Assembly (NCBI GenBank): GCA_036500545.1
Contig: DASYBV010000032.1
Span: forward strand, 45,721 to 109,720
DNA: 64,000 nucleotides
Source of the DNA: Puia sp.
GTDB taxonomy: Bacteria > Bacteroidota > Bacteroidia > Chitinophagales > Chitinophagaceae
Direction: 5' to 3'
Below are positions 39,438 to 48,343 of the stretch, piece after piece. The position numbers and the translations under genes were made by a program. Numbering within the stretch: the stretch's first letter is position 1; each line of letters begins with the position of its first letter. The notes below the pieces were generated by a model. The model was given only the letters and a program-made list of their open reading frames with translations. It did not search any database and was not told the DNA's origin.

Positions 39438-40847
39438 ATGCTGAAGAACGCAACGCTCGTATTGATCACACTGATGCTGGGTACCTCGATGGCTGCCATC
39501 GACAGCAGCATCGTCAATGTATCCTTACCGGTTATCCGCAATCAATTCAAAGTAGACCTGGACCAGGTGGAATGGGTGATCACGGCCTATATGATCTCTT
39601 TCTGCCTTTTTATGCCCCTGATAAGCTGGCTGAAGAACAGGATCGGTTATTTTTACCTGTTTATCGCAAGCGTGACGGTCTTTACGCTCGGCTCCCTGCT
39701 TTGCAGCCTCTCCACGAACCTGACGATGCTGGTGATCGCAAGGGTGATCCAGGCCAGCGGCGGCGGCGCCATTTCTCCCACTTCACTTGCGATCCTAAGC
39801 GACAGCTTTCCAAAAGAACGAAGAGGCAACGCCATCGGGTGGTGGGGTATCGGCAATGTCATGGGGCCCGCTATCGGTCCGACGCTCGGCGGTACGCTCA
39901 CTCATTATTTCGGATGGCAATCCGTCTTTTATGTAAATATTCCCCTGGGCATCATTACGGTGCTGCTGACGATACGCCATTTATCCTTCCTGCGTTCACA
40001 ACCCCGAAGCAAACCCTCCTTCGATTTCAGGGGTTTTACCTGGTTCGCCGTCTTCATCGTCGCGATCCAATACACTATCTCCGCTATCTCCAAAAAAGGC
40101 GGCCTGTCCTGGCAACTGGCAGCGGGGTGCACCTCCACCGCCCTGTCCCTTTATCTCTTCATCCGTTCGTCCCGCCGGCCACAACCACTGCTGGACCTGA
40201 CGGTCTTCCGGTCCGGGGACTTTATCAACTCCTCCATAATTATTATCATCCGTTCGGTAGCGCTGTTCGGAGGCATGTTCTTCCTCCCCTTCCTGTTGCA
40301 GGGCCTGCTGGGCTATACGGCCATCCAATCGGGCCTGCTTATGCTCCCCAATGCATTGATGATGCTGCTGACAAGGCCCTATGCCGGAAAAAAGGCCGAC
40401 CAGGGATTGATCCGGAATGTTTCGGTCATAGGGATCGTGATCACCTCGGTGTCCATGTACCTGTTCTCCCGGATCGACGTAGGCTACGCGGTCGCGTGGA
40501 TCATCTTGCCCATGATCGTACGGGGAGCGGGAATGAGCCTGCTGGTCGCCCCGGTCTCCACCGCCCTGTTGAATTCCGTCAGCAGGGAACAAACCACCAC
40601 GGCCACTTCCATGAACAGCCTGCTGCAACAACTGGGTGGCTCCATCGGCATCGCCATCTTTGGCGTGATCCACCAGTTCATCTATTCCCATTATCTCGAT
40701 AAAAAATATACCGCACCGGTAGCGGAACACTTTGCCTTGCAGGATGGGTTCCTGATCTCCGCCTTTGTCATCGCCGTCGCCCTGATCCCGGCCCTGCGCC
40801 TCCCCGGAAAACACCTGATCCATTTAAAGGAAAAGTTGCCCGTGTAG
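39438..40847 (+). CDS. MFS transporter, DHA2 (EmrB/QacA-like) drug:H+ antiporter family
   Basis: 469-aa ORF with MAAIDSSIVNVSLPVI, VIARVIQASGGGAI and LGPAIGPTLGG. The length fits a 14-TMS topology. Confidence 0.8.
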   Translation: MLKNATLVLITLMLGTSMAAIDSSIVNVSLPVIRNQFKVDLDQVEWVITAYMISFCLFMPLISWLKNRIGYFYLFIASVTVFTLGSLLCSLSTNLTMLVIARVIQASGGGAISPTSLAILSDSFPKERRGNAIGWWGIGNVMGPAIGPTLGGTLTHYFGWQSVFYVNIPLGIITVLLTIRHLSFLRSQPRSKPSFDFRGFTWFAVFIVAIQYTISAISKKGGLSWQLAAGCTSTALSLYLFIRSSRRPQPLLDLTVFRSGDFINSSIIIIIRSVALFGGMFFLPFLLQGLLGYTAIQSGLLMLPNALMMLLTRPYAGKKADQGLIRNVSVIGIVITSVSMYLFSRIDVGYAVAWIILPMIVRGAGMSLLVAPVSTALLNSVSREQTTTATSMNSLLQQLGGSIGIAIFGVIHQFIYSHYLDKKYTAPVAEHFALQDGFLISAFVIAVALIPALRLPGKHLIHLKEKLPV

Positions 40848-40900
40848 TTTTTCAGTTTTTTTTCTTAACTTTAGGGTTCACCAAAAAAAAGGAGGTATTC

Positions 40901-40948
40901 ATGCTATCTACAGATAAATCATGGAAACCTTCGGTTAATTTCGCTTAA
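40901..40948 (+). CDS. Candidate 15-codon small ORF (MLSTDKSWKPSVNFA) with strong Shine-Dalgarno
   Basis: AAGGAGGT at 40889-40896 lies 5 nt before the ATG. A TAACTTTA near -7-like box is at 40866-40873 and an intrinsic terminator follows downstream. There is no evidence of translation. Confidence 0.25.
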   Translation: MLSTDKSWKPSVNFA

Positions 40949-40990
40949 CCGGGTTGCTCCAAAAAATAATCTGCTGACAACATTGTCAGA

Positions 40991-41024
40991 AGAGGCTGTC
41001 TCCACGGAGATAGCCTCTTTTTTT
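40991..41024 (+). terminator. Rho-independent terminator
   Basis: AGAGGCTGTCTCC-acg-GGAGATAGCCTCT forms a 13-bp stem with one G-U pair. It runs into a run of seven T. Confidence 0.7.
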
Positions 41025-41040
41025 ACCCCTTCCGCCCGAT

Positions 41041-41268
41041 CTATTCAAGATATTTATATACATTCTTTTTATACTGCTCGAAATCCTCCAGGTTGGCGAA
41101 CTCTTCAAACCGGTAGGACTCCCCGCCAGGCTGCTCCCGCACCAGTGCGACCGTCCCCCCTCCTACCATGACCCGCCTGGCCCGCCGGAACAATTCATCC
41201 AGCGCAGGCAGGTCTTTGATCATTTGCATTTCCTCTACCTTTCCGACATTAATAATAAAATCTTCCAT
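41041..41268 (-). CDS. Hypothetical 75-aa protein
   Basis: ORF MEDFIINVGKVEEMQ...EQYKKNVYKYLE. Composition looks coding. No family recognised. Confidence 0.4.
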   Translation of the reverse strand: MEDFIINVGKVEEMQMIKDLPALDELFRRARRVMVGGGTVALVREQPGGESYRFEEFANLEDFEQYKKNVYKYLE

Positions 41269-41353
41269 ATGTCTGATTGATTACCCTGCAAAAATAAGTA
41301 GAAAGAGGTCGTCCACATATCCTCATAATCCCTGAACTTTACATAAAAAATAG

Positions 41354-42340
41354 ATGAATTATAGAAAGCTCGGAAATACGGACGTAGAATTATCCGCTAT
41401 CGGATTGGGTTGCATGAGCATGAACCATGCCTATGGCCAACCGGATGACAAAGAATCGATTGCCACCCTGGAAAAAGCAATAGAGATCGGGATCAACTTC
41501 TGGGACACCGCCGATGTCTATGCCAACGGAAAGAATGAAGAGCTGGTGGCAAAGGTCCTGCAACCCAACCGGAAAAAAATATTCATCGCTACGAAATTCG
41601 GTTTTATCCAGGATGCCGCCGGCCGTCTTGGCGGCTTCGACGGCTCCCCTGCCTATATGAAACAAGCGGTGGAGAAAAGCCTGCAACGGCTCAAGACCGA
41701 TGTGATCGACCTCTATTATGCACACCGGATCGACCCGAATGTTCCTGTGGAAGAAATGGTGGGCGCCATGGCCGACCTGGTAAAAGAAGGAAAGGTCCGT
41801 TACCTGGGCCTCTCGGAAGCTTCGCCTAATTCTATCCGGCGAGCGCACGCCGTCCATCCGATCAGCGCCCTGCAAAGCGAATATTCCCTGCTCACAAGAG
41901 AGGTGGAGGCGGAGATCATACCTCTCTGCAAAGAGCTGCACATTTCTTTTGTTCCCTTCAGTCCCCTGGCAAGAGGTCTGATGACAAATACCGTGGACGT
42001 AAGCAAGCTCGGCGACAACGATTTCCGGAGATCTTTGCCCCGTTACCAGGAACAGCATGCAGACAATAACCGGCATCTTTCCGCCGGCTTTGCCGATATC
42101 GCCGCTGCCAAAGGATGTACCCCCGCCCAACTGGCGATCGCCTGGGTGCTGGCACAAGGCCCGCATATCATCCCCATACCCGGCACCAAACGAAGAAAAT
42201 ATCTGCTGGACAACGCCGGCGCGGTCGATGTGACGCTGACACCCGCCGATTTTCAGCAGATAGAGGCGCTGCTGGCAAAATATCCCGACACGGGAGCCCG
42301 ATATAACGAGTCGAATAACCGGTTCGTAGATAAGAACTAA
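41354..42340 (+). CDS. Aldo/keto reductase
   Basis: 328-aa ORF with [37 protein letters not shown] and [12 protein letters not shown]. Confidence 0.9.
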   Translation: MNYRKLGNTDVELSAIGLGCMSMNHAYGQPDDKESIATLEKAIEIGINFWDTADVYANGKNEELVAKVLQPNRKKIFIATKFGFIQDAAGRLGGFDGSPAYMKQAVEKSLQRLKTDVIDLYYAHRIDPNVPVEEMVGAMADLVKEGKVRYLGLSEASPNSIRRAHAVHPISALQSEYSLLTREVEAEIIPLCKELHISFVPFSPLARGLMTNTVDVSKLGDNDFRRSLPRYQEQHADNNRHLSAGFADIAAAKGCTPAQLAIAWVLAQGPHIIPIPGTKRRKYLLDNAGAVDVTLTPADFQQIEALLAKYPDTGARYNESNNRFVDKN

Positions 42341-42350
42341 AAAGAAAAAG

Positions 42351-42376
42351 CCCCTGTATGTACAAGGGGTTTTTTT
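42351..42376. terminator. Bidirectional hairpin terminator between convergent genes
   Basis: AAAAAG-CCCCTGTAtgTACAAGGGG-TTTTTTT. It is a GC stem flanked by an A-run and a T-run. Confidence 0.6.
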
Positions 42377-42394
42377 ATAGATCGTACGAGCAAT

Positions 42395-43045
42395 TTATTC
42401 CGGCACTCCGAAACGCCGGCAGATCTCCGAATAGCTCATCTGCTGAATAGGTTTCACCGAAGCCACCGTGCTTTTGATACCACCGGGGATGATAATATAC
42501 CGGAACTGATGCGCATTGGATATACCCCCATACGCATTCAGGCTGCTGACCAGCCGGATCTTCAGGTTGCCTGCCGTAACAAATGCCGACCAGGTATCGA
42601 TGTTGGAGGCAGATCCATCCAGATAGGTGATGCTGATCGGCAGCAAGGAAACCTGGGCGGACGGCCAGATGACGGGATTGTAACCATCCAGTTTGCCAAA
42701 AGTAAGGACCGTACCGCTATCGACGACTGCCTGGGTGATGTCCGTAGTCGCCTTTGTATAGCTAAATCCATAGATACCAAAAACGGTATCTTTTGTGTAA
42801 GCGGCAGGTGTGAACCAACTGGAGTAGATTACATTGGCGGCGCCTTTCGTACCGGTGGCGCCCGTTGGACCGGCAGGCCCCACAGGTCCCGTTGGACCGG
42901 CATCTCCCTTCTGACAGGATACGATCAGCACGGAGGCAAGTACGATCAGGGATACACGAAGCAAAGCGGCGGCTGTCAGGGATGTCTTGCGATAGAGGGA
43001 ACGATGTGTCTGCATAAAGTTTTGTTTTTTGATCAACAGTTTCAT
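42395..43045 (-). CDS. Lipoprotein with short collagen-like G-X-Y tract and unknown C-terminal domain
   Basis: Lipobox IVSCQKG is followed by GDAGPTGPVGPAGPTGATGTKG. The start may instead be the internal Met at 43015. Confidence 0.55.
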   Translation of the reverse strand: MKLLIKKQNFMQTHRSLYRKTSLTAAALLRVSLIVLASVLIVSCQKGDAGPTGPVGPAGPTGATGTKGAANVIYSSWFTPAAYTKDTVFGIYGFSYTKATTDITQAVVDSGTVLTFGKLDGYNPVIWPSAQVSLLPISITYLDGSASNIDTWSAFVTAGNLKIRLVSSLNAYGGISNAHQFRYIIIPGGIKSTVASVKPIQQMSYSEICRRFGVPE

Positions 43046-43293
43046 TTGAGCACAAAACTAGTCGCAGCGGATACATCGGACAATACCATTTAAGTATACT
43101 TTTTAATGTGTTATAATTTGAATTATACCCTATTGTGGTTATAAAAATACCCGCTTTCGGGAATAAACCGTTTTAGCATCGCATACCCCAAAAGGGGATC
43201 CCCGGTTAAAATGCGGTTGGAAGTAGATAAAATGCATCCCTCTTTCTACCGTACAATCCTTGAAATTAGCGTTGAACCTATTTTATCGTCACC

Positions 43294-45732
43294 ATGATCT
43301 CCATCTATCATAAAAATGCCCCAACTGGGCCTGTCCGCCGTATGACCGGGATCTTTTTCCGGTTGGCGCTGTGGCTATTGATCCTGCCGGTCACCGCATC
43401 ATATGCCCAGCCGGTAACTACCGCCGGCGCCCCGGCGCAGCTGGCGATCCGACAGGCGGGGGAACATAGCATCCGCATTACATTGAAACCGCTCAGCTTT
43501 GGGGAGGATTTTCCTTTCAGCCCCGCGCTGGTGCAACGGAGCTATCCCGCTCCAGAGATCCTGCTGACGACGCTATCGGGTGCCGTCAAAAAAAGGGTCG
43601 GACCCATGATGGTGACCGTTAGTCCAGAAGCGTCGGCCATCCGGGTCACGGTGACCACGCTGAAGGGCGAACCCATACAAGAGCTGGTCTTCAACGGGGA
43701 TAATACCTTGTCCTTCGCCCTCCACGACGCCCCGGTCCTGGGGATGGGGGAAGGAGGACATAAACCCGTGCCCGGCGTCAACTGGCGTACACAGCCCATC
43801 GAATTTGACCGGAGAGGCAGGTTGCAGGATATGCAGCCCCGCTGGCAGGGCGATTCGTATGGTTCCCGCAATCCCGTTCCGTTAATGATCGGAACGGACG
43901 GCTGGGCGCTCTTCGTAGCCACACCCTGGGGGCAGGTCGATCTTCAGGCGGCGGACCATGGGACATACATCCCCTGGAAGCCGACGGCGCAGGATACGGC
44001 CCAGCAGAACGAAAAGAACCAGCAATTGGCCCGGGCAAAGGGAGTTCCTCCGGCCAGTTCCGTCATCCCCGGTCTGTATGATCTGATCGTCTTTGACGCA
44101 CATCAGCCGGCCGCCTTTCTGAAAGATCTTTCGGTCCTGAGCGGGCCGGCCGTCATACCGCCCAAATGGGCATTGGGGTATATGCAATCCCATCGTACGA
44201 TAAAGGATGAGACGCAGATCATCGGCATCGTGGACAGTTTCCGTTCGAAGAAGATACCCGTAGATGCCGTTATCTACCTGGGCACTGGTTTTACGCCGAG
44301 AGGGTGGAATACAAAACAGCCCTCTTTTGATTTCAACCCCGAAGTCTTTCACCGGGACCCGGCTGTAGTATTGGCCGACCTTCATGCCCTTCATGTAAAA
44401 GTGGTGGTGCATATGGTACCCCTGGACCGGGATAAGCTTCCTTCGCTGCATGGTTCCATTCCGGCCCGGCCCGGAGAGGTACTGGATGCGGGACATATAC
44501 AGAACTACTGGCAGCTGCACATCCCGCTTATGAAGACCGGCGTCGATGCCTTCTGGCCGGATGAAGGTGATTGGTTCAATTTATTCGAACGGGTGTCACG
44601 CCACCAGCTTTATTACCAGGGGCCGCTGTCTACGTTCCCGGATATCCGCCCCTGGAGCCTTCACCGCAACGGATACCTGGGGATCGCCCAATGGGGCGGC
44701 TGGGTATGGTCCGGCGATACCGAGTCCTCCTGGAAAACGCTCGAAGGGCAGGTAGCCGTGGGTATCAACTATTCGCTTAGCATCAGCCCTTACTGGGGAT
44801 CGGATATAGGCGGCTTCTACCCGAGTAACGAAAAGACGGGAGAGCTTTATGCACGTTGGTTCCAGTTCGGGGCTTTCTGCCCCTCCTTCCGTTCGCATGG
44901 GCGTACCACCAATAGTATCCTGCCCTGGGGCTGGGGACTCAGCGACCGCGGGGATTTAGAGACCGGCCGCTCCAATTCGGATAGCATCCTCGCCCTGCGG
45001 AATGTACCGGTCTCGGCAATGAACAATCCTGCGATAGAGCCCGTCGTCAAAAAATATGATGAGCTGCGGTACCAGCTATTACCTTATAACTATACATTGG
45101 CCTGGGAAGCGCGACAGACCGGTATGCCCCTGATGCGGGCCCTCTGGCTCCATTATCCCGGCGATGAAAAAGCCCGTGGCATGGGCAGCGAATACCTGTG
45201 GGGCCGCGACCTGCTGATCGCGCCCGTCTTTGAGAAAGGAGCCACAGCCCGGGAAGTATACCTGCCAAAAGGCAGCTGGTATGATTGGTGGAGCAGTCCT
45301 GCCGGCGGCGGAGCCGGCGCCGTCCCCATTACCGGGGGTGTTACCATCCGCCGCGCCGTCGATCTCTCTATCATGCCCATCTATGTACGCGCCGGCGCCA
45401 TCATTCCTTTCGACCCCATCCGTCAATATACTGCCGAACCGGTAAAAGGGCCAACGACCCTTCGGATCTATCCGGGAGCAGACGGAGATTTTACCCTGTA
45501 TGAAGATGACGGCATCAGCCTGCAATATCTCCGGGGCAAAGACACGCGGATCCACCTGAGCTGGAACGATAAGACGCGGACGTTGACCCTTCGCCCGGGC
45601 GCCCCGGACGGCGATTCTGCCGGCGATACCGCCGGCCTGCCGGTGCAGCAGACCTTTGCCGTCGAGCGGATGACGGACAGAACGATCAAAACGGTGAAGT
45701 ATGAAGGGAAGGAGGTGACGGTTCGTTTTTGA
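43294..45732 (+). CDS. Glycoside hydrolase family 31 (alpha-glucosidase/alpha-xylosidase type)
   Basis: 812-aa ORF with PKWALGYMQSHRT, KKIPVDAVIYLG, GVDAFWPDEGDWF, WSGDTESSW and FGAFCPSFRSHG. The start may be the Met at 43342. Confidence 0.8.
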   Translation: MISIYHKNAPTGPVRRMTGIFFRLALWLLILPVTASYAQPVTTAGAPAQLAIRQAGEHSIRITLKPLSFGEDFPFSPALVQRSYPAPEILLTTLSGAVKKRVGPMMVTVSPEASAIRVTVTTLKGEPIQELVFNGDNTLSFALHDAPVLGMGEGGHKPVPGVNWRTQPIEFDRRGRLQDMQPRWQGDSYGSRNPVPLMIGTDGWALFVATPWGQVDLQAADHGTYIPWKPTAQDTAQQNEKNQQLARAKGVPPASSVIPGLYDLIVFDAHQPAAFLKDLSVLSGPAVIPPKWALGYMQSHRTIKDETQIIGIVDSFRSKKIPVDAVIYLGTGFTPRGWNTKQPSFDFNPEVFHRDPAVVLADLHALHVKVVVHMVPLDRDKLPSLHGSIPARPGEVLDAGHIQNYWQLHIPLMKTGVDAFWPDEGDWFNLFERVSRHQLYYQGPLSTFPDIRPWSLHRNGYLGIAQWGGWVWSGDTESSWKTLEGQVAVGINYSLSISPYWGSDIGGFYPSNEKTGELYARWFQFGAFCPSFRSHGRTTNSILPWGWGLSDRGDLETGRSNSDSILALRNVPVSAMNNPAIEPVVKKYDELRYQLLPYNYTLAWEARQTGMPLMRALWLHYPGDEKARGMGSEYLWGRDLLIAPVFEKGATAREVYLPKGSWYDWWSSPAGGGAGAVPITGGVTIRRAVDLSIMPIYVRAGAIIPFDPIRQYTAEPVKGPTTLRIYPGADGDFTLYEDDGISLQYLRGKDTRIHLSWNDKTRTLTLRPGAPDGDSAGDTAGLPVQQTFAVERMTDRTIKTVKYEGKEVTVRF

Positions 45733-45737
45733 GCGCC

Positions 45738-46577
45738 TTACATATAATCCCCGATCCGGAAACAACTGATGCCTTCCACTTCCTTGTAAGAGTCCGTAGA
45801 ATATATTTCATCGACAAAATCGATCGAAGGGCCTTTGCTGAAAATACCGTGACTGACGATCAGGTTGACTTTTCGCGCCCCTTTTTCTTTTAGCATTTTT
45901 GCTGTCCCGGCAAACGTACCGCCACCGTCACATATATCGTCCACGATAAAACAGGTCTGATCGTTCAGATCGGTCGTCAGCGTCTTAAAATTTGTAAGCG
46001 CTCCGGTCCTTACATCCCTTTCCTTCATACACTCTACCACTTGTTCCATTTGCAGGAATTGCGCCAGCTGGTGTATCTTTTTTAAGGCACCGGCATCGGG
46101 AGAAACCAGGCAAGAGGATTCTCCGGGATGTTTGCGGGAGTAATCGTCCAGTGAATCTTTTACGAATCGGTGATTGGATACGGCATAGGACCTATCTATC
46201 AACGCGGTTGACACTTCCGAATGGGGATCGAATATTTTCACTTTCTTAAAACCCGCCTGGTTTAAAATAGCGGCTACTACCTTCAGGGAGAAAGGTTCTC
46301 CGTCCAGCATGACCCGGTCCATGCGGGCAGTCATAAGATAGGAAATATGTAATTCGATATGCGCAAAATCAAGATACTCCAGCGTATTTTTTACAAAGAG
46401 GGCCATCAGTAGGTCATTGGCATTGTTTACACGGGTAAAGATCCGCAACGGCTCTTTCTTATTTTTTGTTTCTGCATGTCCTGCATCGATCTTGATATGG
46501 GGCTGTCCGTCCGGAAAGACCATGGATTTGAACAGGATGTCCGACTTCTCCGGGTAAATTAGATTAAAGGTTGTCAT
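45738..46577 (-). CDS. Short ribose-phosphate pyrophosphokinase (Prs)-like protein; last gene of the NAD operon
   Basis: 279-aa ORF with VFPDGQPHIKI, KIFDPHSEV, VSPDAGALKK and CFIVDDICDGGGTF (PRPP-loop type). It is shorter and more divergent than housekeeping Prs. Confidence 0.7.
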   Translation of the reverse strand: MTTFNLIYPEKSDILFKSMVFPDGQPHIKIDAGHAETKNKKEPLRIFTRVNNANDLLMALFVKNTLEYLDFAHIELHISYLMTARMDRVMLDGEPFSLKVVAAILNQAGFKKVKIFDPHSEVSTALIDRSYAVSNHRFVKDSLDDYSRKHPGESSCLVSPDAGALKKIHQLAQFLQMEQVVECMKERDVRTGALTNFKTLTTDLNDQTCFIVDDICDGGGTFAGTAKMLKEKGARKVNLIVSHGIFSKGPSIDFVDEIYSTDSYKEVEGISCFRIGDYM

Positions 46578-46588
46578 GATTACTGCTT

Positions 46589-47320
46589 TTATTTATTTCT
46601 TCCTTTTTCGCCGGGATATAACTGCGCAACGCCGTCGCTCTGCCGGAACTCATTTGTCGCGATATCCAGGGCGGAGATCTTTCCCTGGAATGCTGCTCCG
46701 GTATCGATATTCCAGACATTGCAACGTTGCATCGGGGTTTCTATATCATAATTTGTAGTAGGAGTATGACCAATATAGATCTCCTTATATAACAAGAGCC
46801 TTTGGGGATAGAATATACTATCCTGGGGTATTCGTCTATCCACCGCCAGCGCCATCTCCCACAGGGTCCTGTCCCAGAAGTAATTGCTTGCATGATGTTC
46901 TCTTGCAGGCCCATGCATAGAAGAAAAACCGGCATGGATAAAAAGACGCCCGGCTCCATCCTCATAATAGGGACGCATCCGGTAAAAAAAAGCAAGATGC
47001 GCCTCTTTCTGTTCCGGGGTGATCCCCTTATAGCTGTCGACGGTAGCCTGACCGCCATGAAATAACCAATCCGGATCTTCTCCATAGCCTCCCAACCATT
47101 CTTCACACCAGGCGTCGTGGTTGCCGCGGATAAAAATACAGGCATGACTTTCTTCCAGTTCCATCAGGTATTCGATCACCTGTCTCGACTGTGACCACCC
47201 ATCCACATAATCGCCGAGAAAGATCAGTCGATCGTTCTTTTTCGGACTGATCTTGTCGATCAGTTGCCGGAGGGCTTTTTCAGCGCCGTGTATATCTCCT
47301 ATGACATAGGTCTTTGCCAT
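46589..47320 (-). CDS. PPP-family metallophosphoesterase (ApaH/PrpE/lambda-phosphatase-like)
   Basis: 243-aa ORF with VIGDIHG, LIFLGDYVDGW, IRGNHD and LFIHAG...YIGHTP. Confidence 0.75.
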   Translation of the reverse strand: MAKTYVIGDIHGAEKALRQLIDKISPKKNDRLIFLGDYVDGWSQSRQVIEYLMELEESHACIFIRGNHDAWCEEWLGGYGEDPDWLFHGGQATVDSYKGITPEQKEAHLAFFYRMRPYYEDGAGRLFIHAGFSSMHGPAREHHASNYFWDRTLWEMALAVDRRIPQDSIFYPQRLLLYKEIYIGHTPTTNYDIETPMQRCNVWNIDTGAAFQGKISALDIATNEFRQSDGVAQLYPGEKGRNK

Positions 47321-47376
47321 TATAAATTAAGTTTTGCGTTGAGCCGGTCGCATAAATGCTCAATATCGTCCTTTCT

Positions 47377-47919
47377 TTAAAAATCAATATAATCCGCAGG
47401 CACATGGTCGGTTAGCCAGACCCCATTCGCAGAAAGATAAAACAGGAACCCATCCTTCTTCATCTCCGCGCTTCTGACAACCAATATAACGGCAGTCCCC
47501 CGTCTATTTCCTACCCTTTCCGCCGTTTCTTTATCCTGGCTGAGGTGAACATGCTGCCTGCTCATTTTCTTCAGCCCTCCCAAACAAATATCGGTCAAAA
47601 ACCTATCAACAGTCCCATGATATAGCAGATCCGGGGGTTCTTTTGCATCCAGTTGCAATTCAACTTCGATAGAATGCCCCTGGTTAGCTCTTATTTTGGT
47701 TCCGTCATTATTGAATGAAAATCGCTGTTTATCATTTGAAACAACTACTTCCTTCAAATCCTGGCTGGAAAAAGACCGCCCGTTGCCCGCGGATTTGGAA
47801 ATAAGTTCATTCACATCTGCCCAACCATTTTCATCAAGGCGAAGACCGATCGCTGCAGGATCATGCCGCAGAACCAAGCTTAAAAATTTACTGGTCTTAG
47901 TTTTTTCTTTCTCATTCAT
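47377..47919 (-). CDS. kptA: RNA 2'-phosphotransferase Tpt1/KptA
   Basis: It has SKFLSLVLRHDP, DENGWADVNELI, IRANQGHS, LYHGT and RQHVHLS. The start was chosen at MNEKEK (47919), which overlaps the upstream stop as ATGAATGA. Confidence 0.85.
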   Translation of the reverse strand: MNEKEKTKTSKFLSLVLRHDPAAIGLRLDENGWADVNELISKSAGNGRSFSSQDLKEVVVSNDKQRFSFNNDGTKIRANQGHSIEVELQLDAKEPPDLLYHGTVDRFLTDICLGGLKKMSRQHVHLSQDKETAERVGNRRGTAVILVVRSAEMKKDGFLFYLSANGVWLTDHVPADYIDF

Positions 47920-48331
47920 TTTCTCTGAATTTTTGTAGTAACTCCGCCATTCCTCCATTCTCCGGGAGTCTAAATTCTCCTCCAAAAAATACTTTTACGA
48001 CATCAATCTGTCCGACAATATTTCTATTGAACTCATCCAATTCCTCCGCAGGCACCCATAATTCATTATGGATATCGCCTCCTACATTCTGAACGATGAA
48101 TTTCGAATAATGTGTCTCCAGGAGATCGAATGCCGTAACAATACCACAGTAGCCGGATGACGGATCTTTCGTATTCCATTGGTCTGCGATCTGTTCGGCA
48201 TAAAGCTGATTCAGCACAGGATAAAATATAGGTTGCCATTCCAGCCTGGGAGGGAACAACAACCAGGCAGACGCCATAATCAGCTCAAGCTCTTTGATGC
48301 CAACAGGTCTATATAATTTTACTGTCTTCAT
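47912..48331 (-). CDS. Conserved-looking 139-aa protein of unknown function
   Basis: ORF with KLYRPVGIKELELI, FPPRLEWQPIFYPVLNQLYAEQIADQWN and ELWVPAEELDEFN. It is wedged between the Nampt-like gene and kptA. I cannot assign a family. Confidence 0.6.
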   Translation of the reverse strand: MKTVKLYRPVGIKELELIMASAWLLFPPRLEWQPIFYPVLNQLYAEQIADQWNTKDPSSGYCGIVTAFDLLETHYSKFIVQNVGGDIHNELWVPAEELDEFNRNIVGQIDVVKVFFGGEFRLPENGGMAELLQKFRENE

Positions 48332-48343
48332 TTCACACTAATT

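Noticed and set aside
39428-40702. 424-aa alternative-frame ORF overlapping the MFS gene (and the 275-aa antisense ORF at 39996-40823)
   Set aside because: The translation is Arg/Pro/His-rich junk. The +1-shifted frame at 39438 gives a clean DHA2 transporter with canonical motifs.
47339-47363. Hairpin TTGAGC-n13-GCTCAA between kptA and the phosphoesterase gene as an internal terminator
   Set aside because: It has only a 6-bp stem with a 13-nt loop and no U-tract on the minus strand. That is too weak to call.
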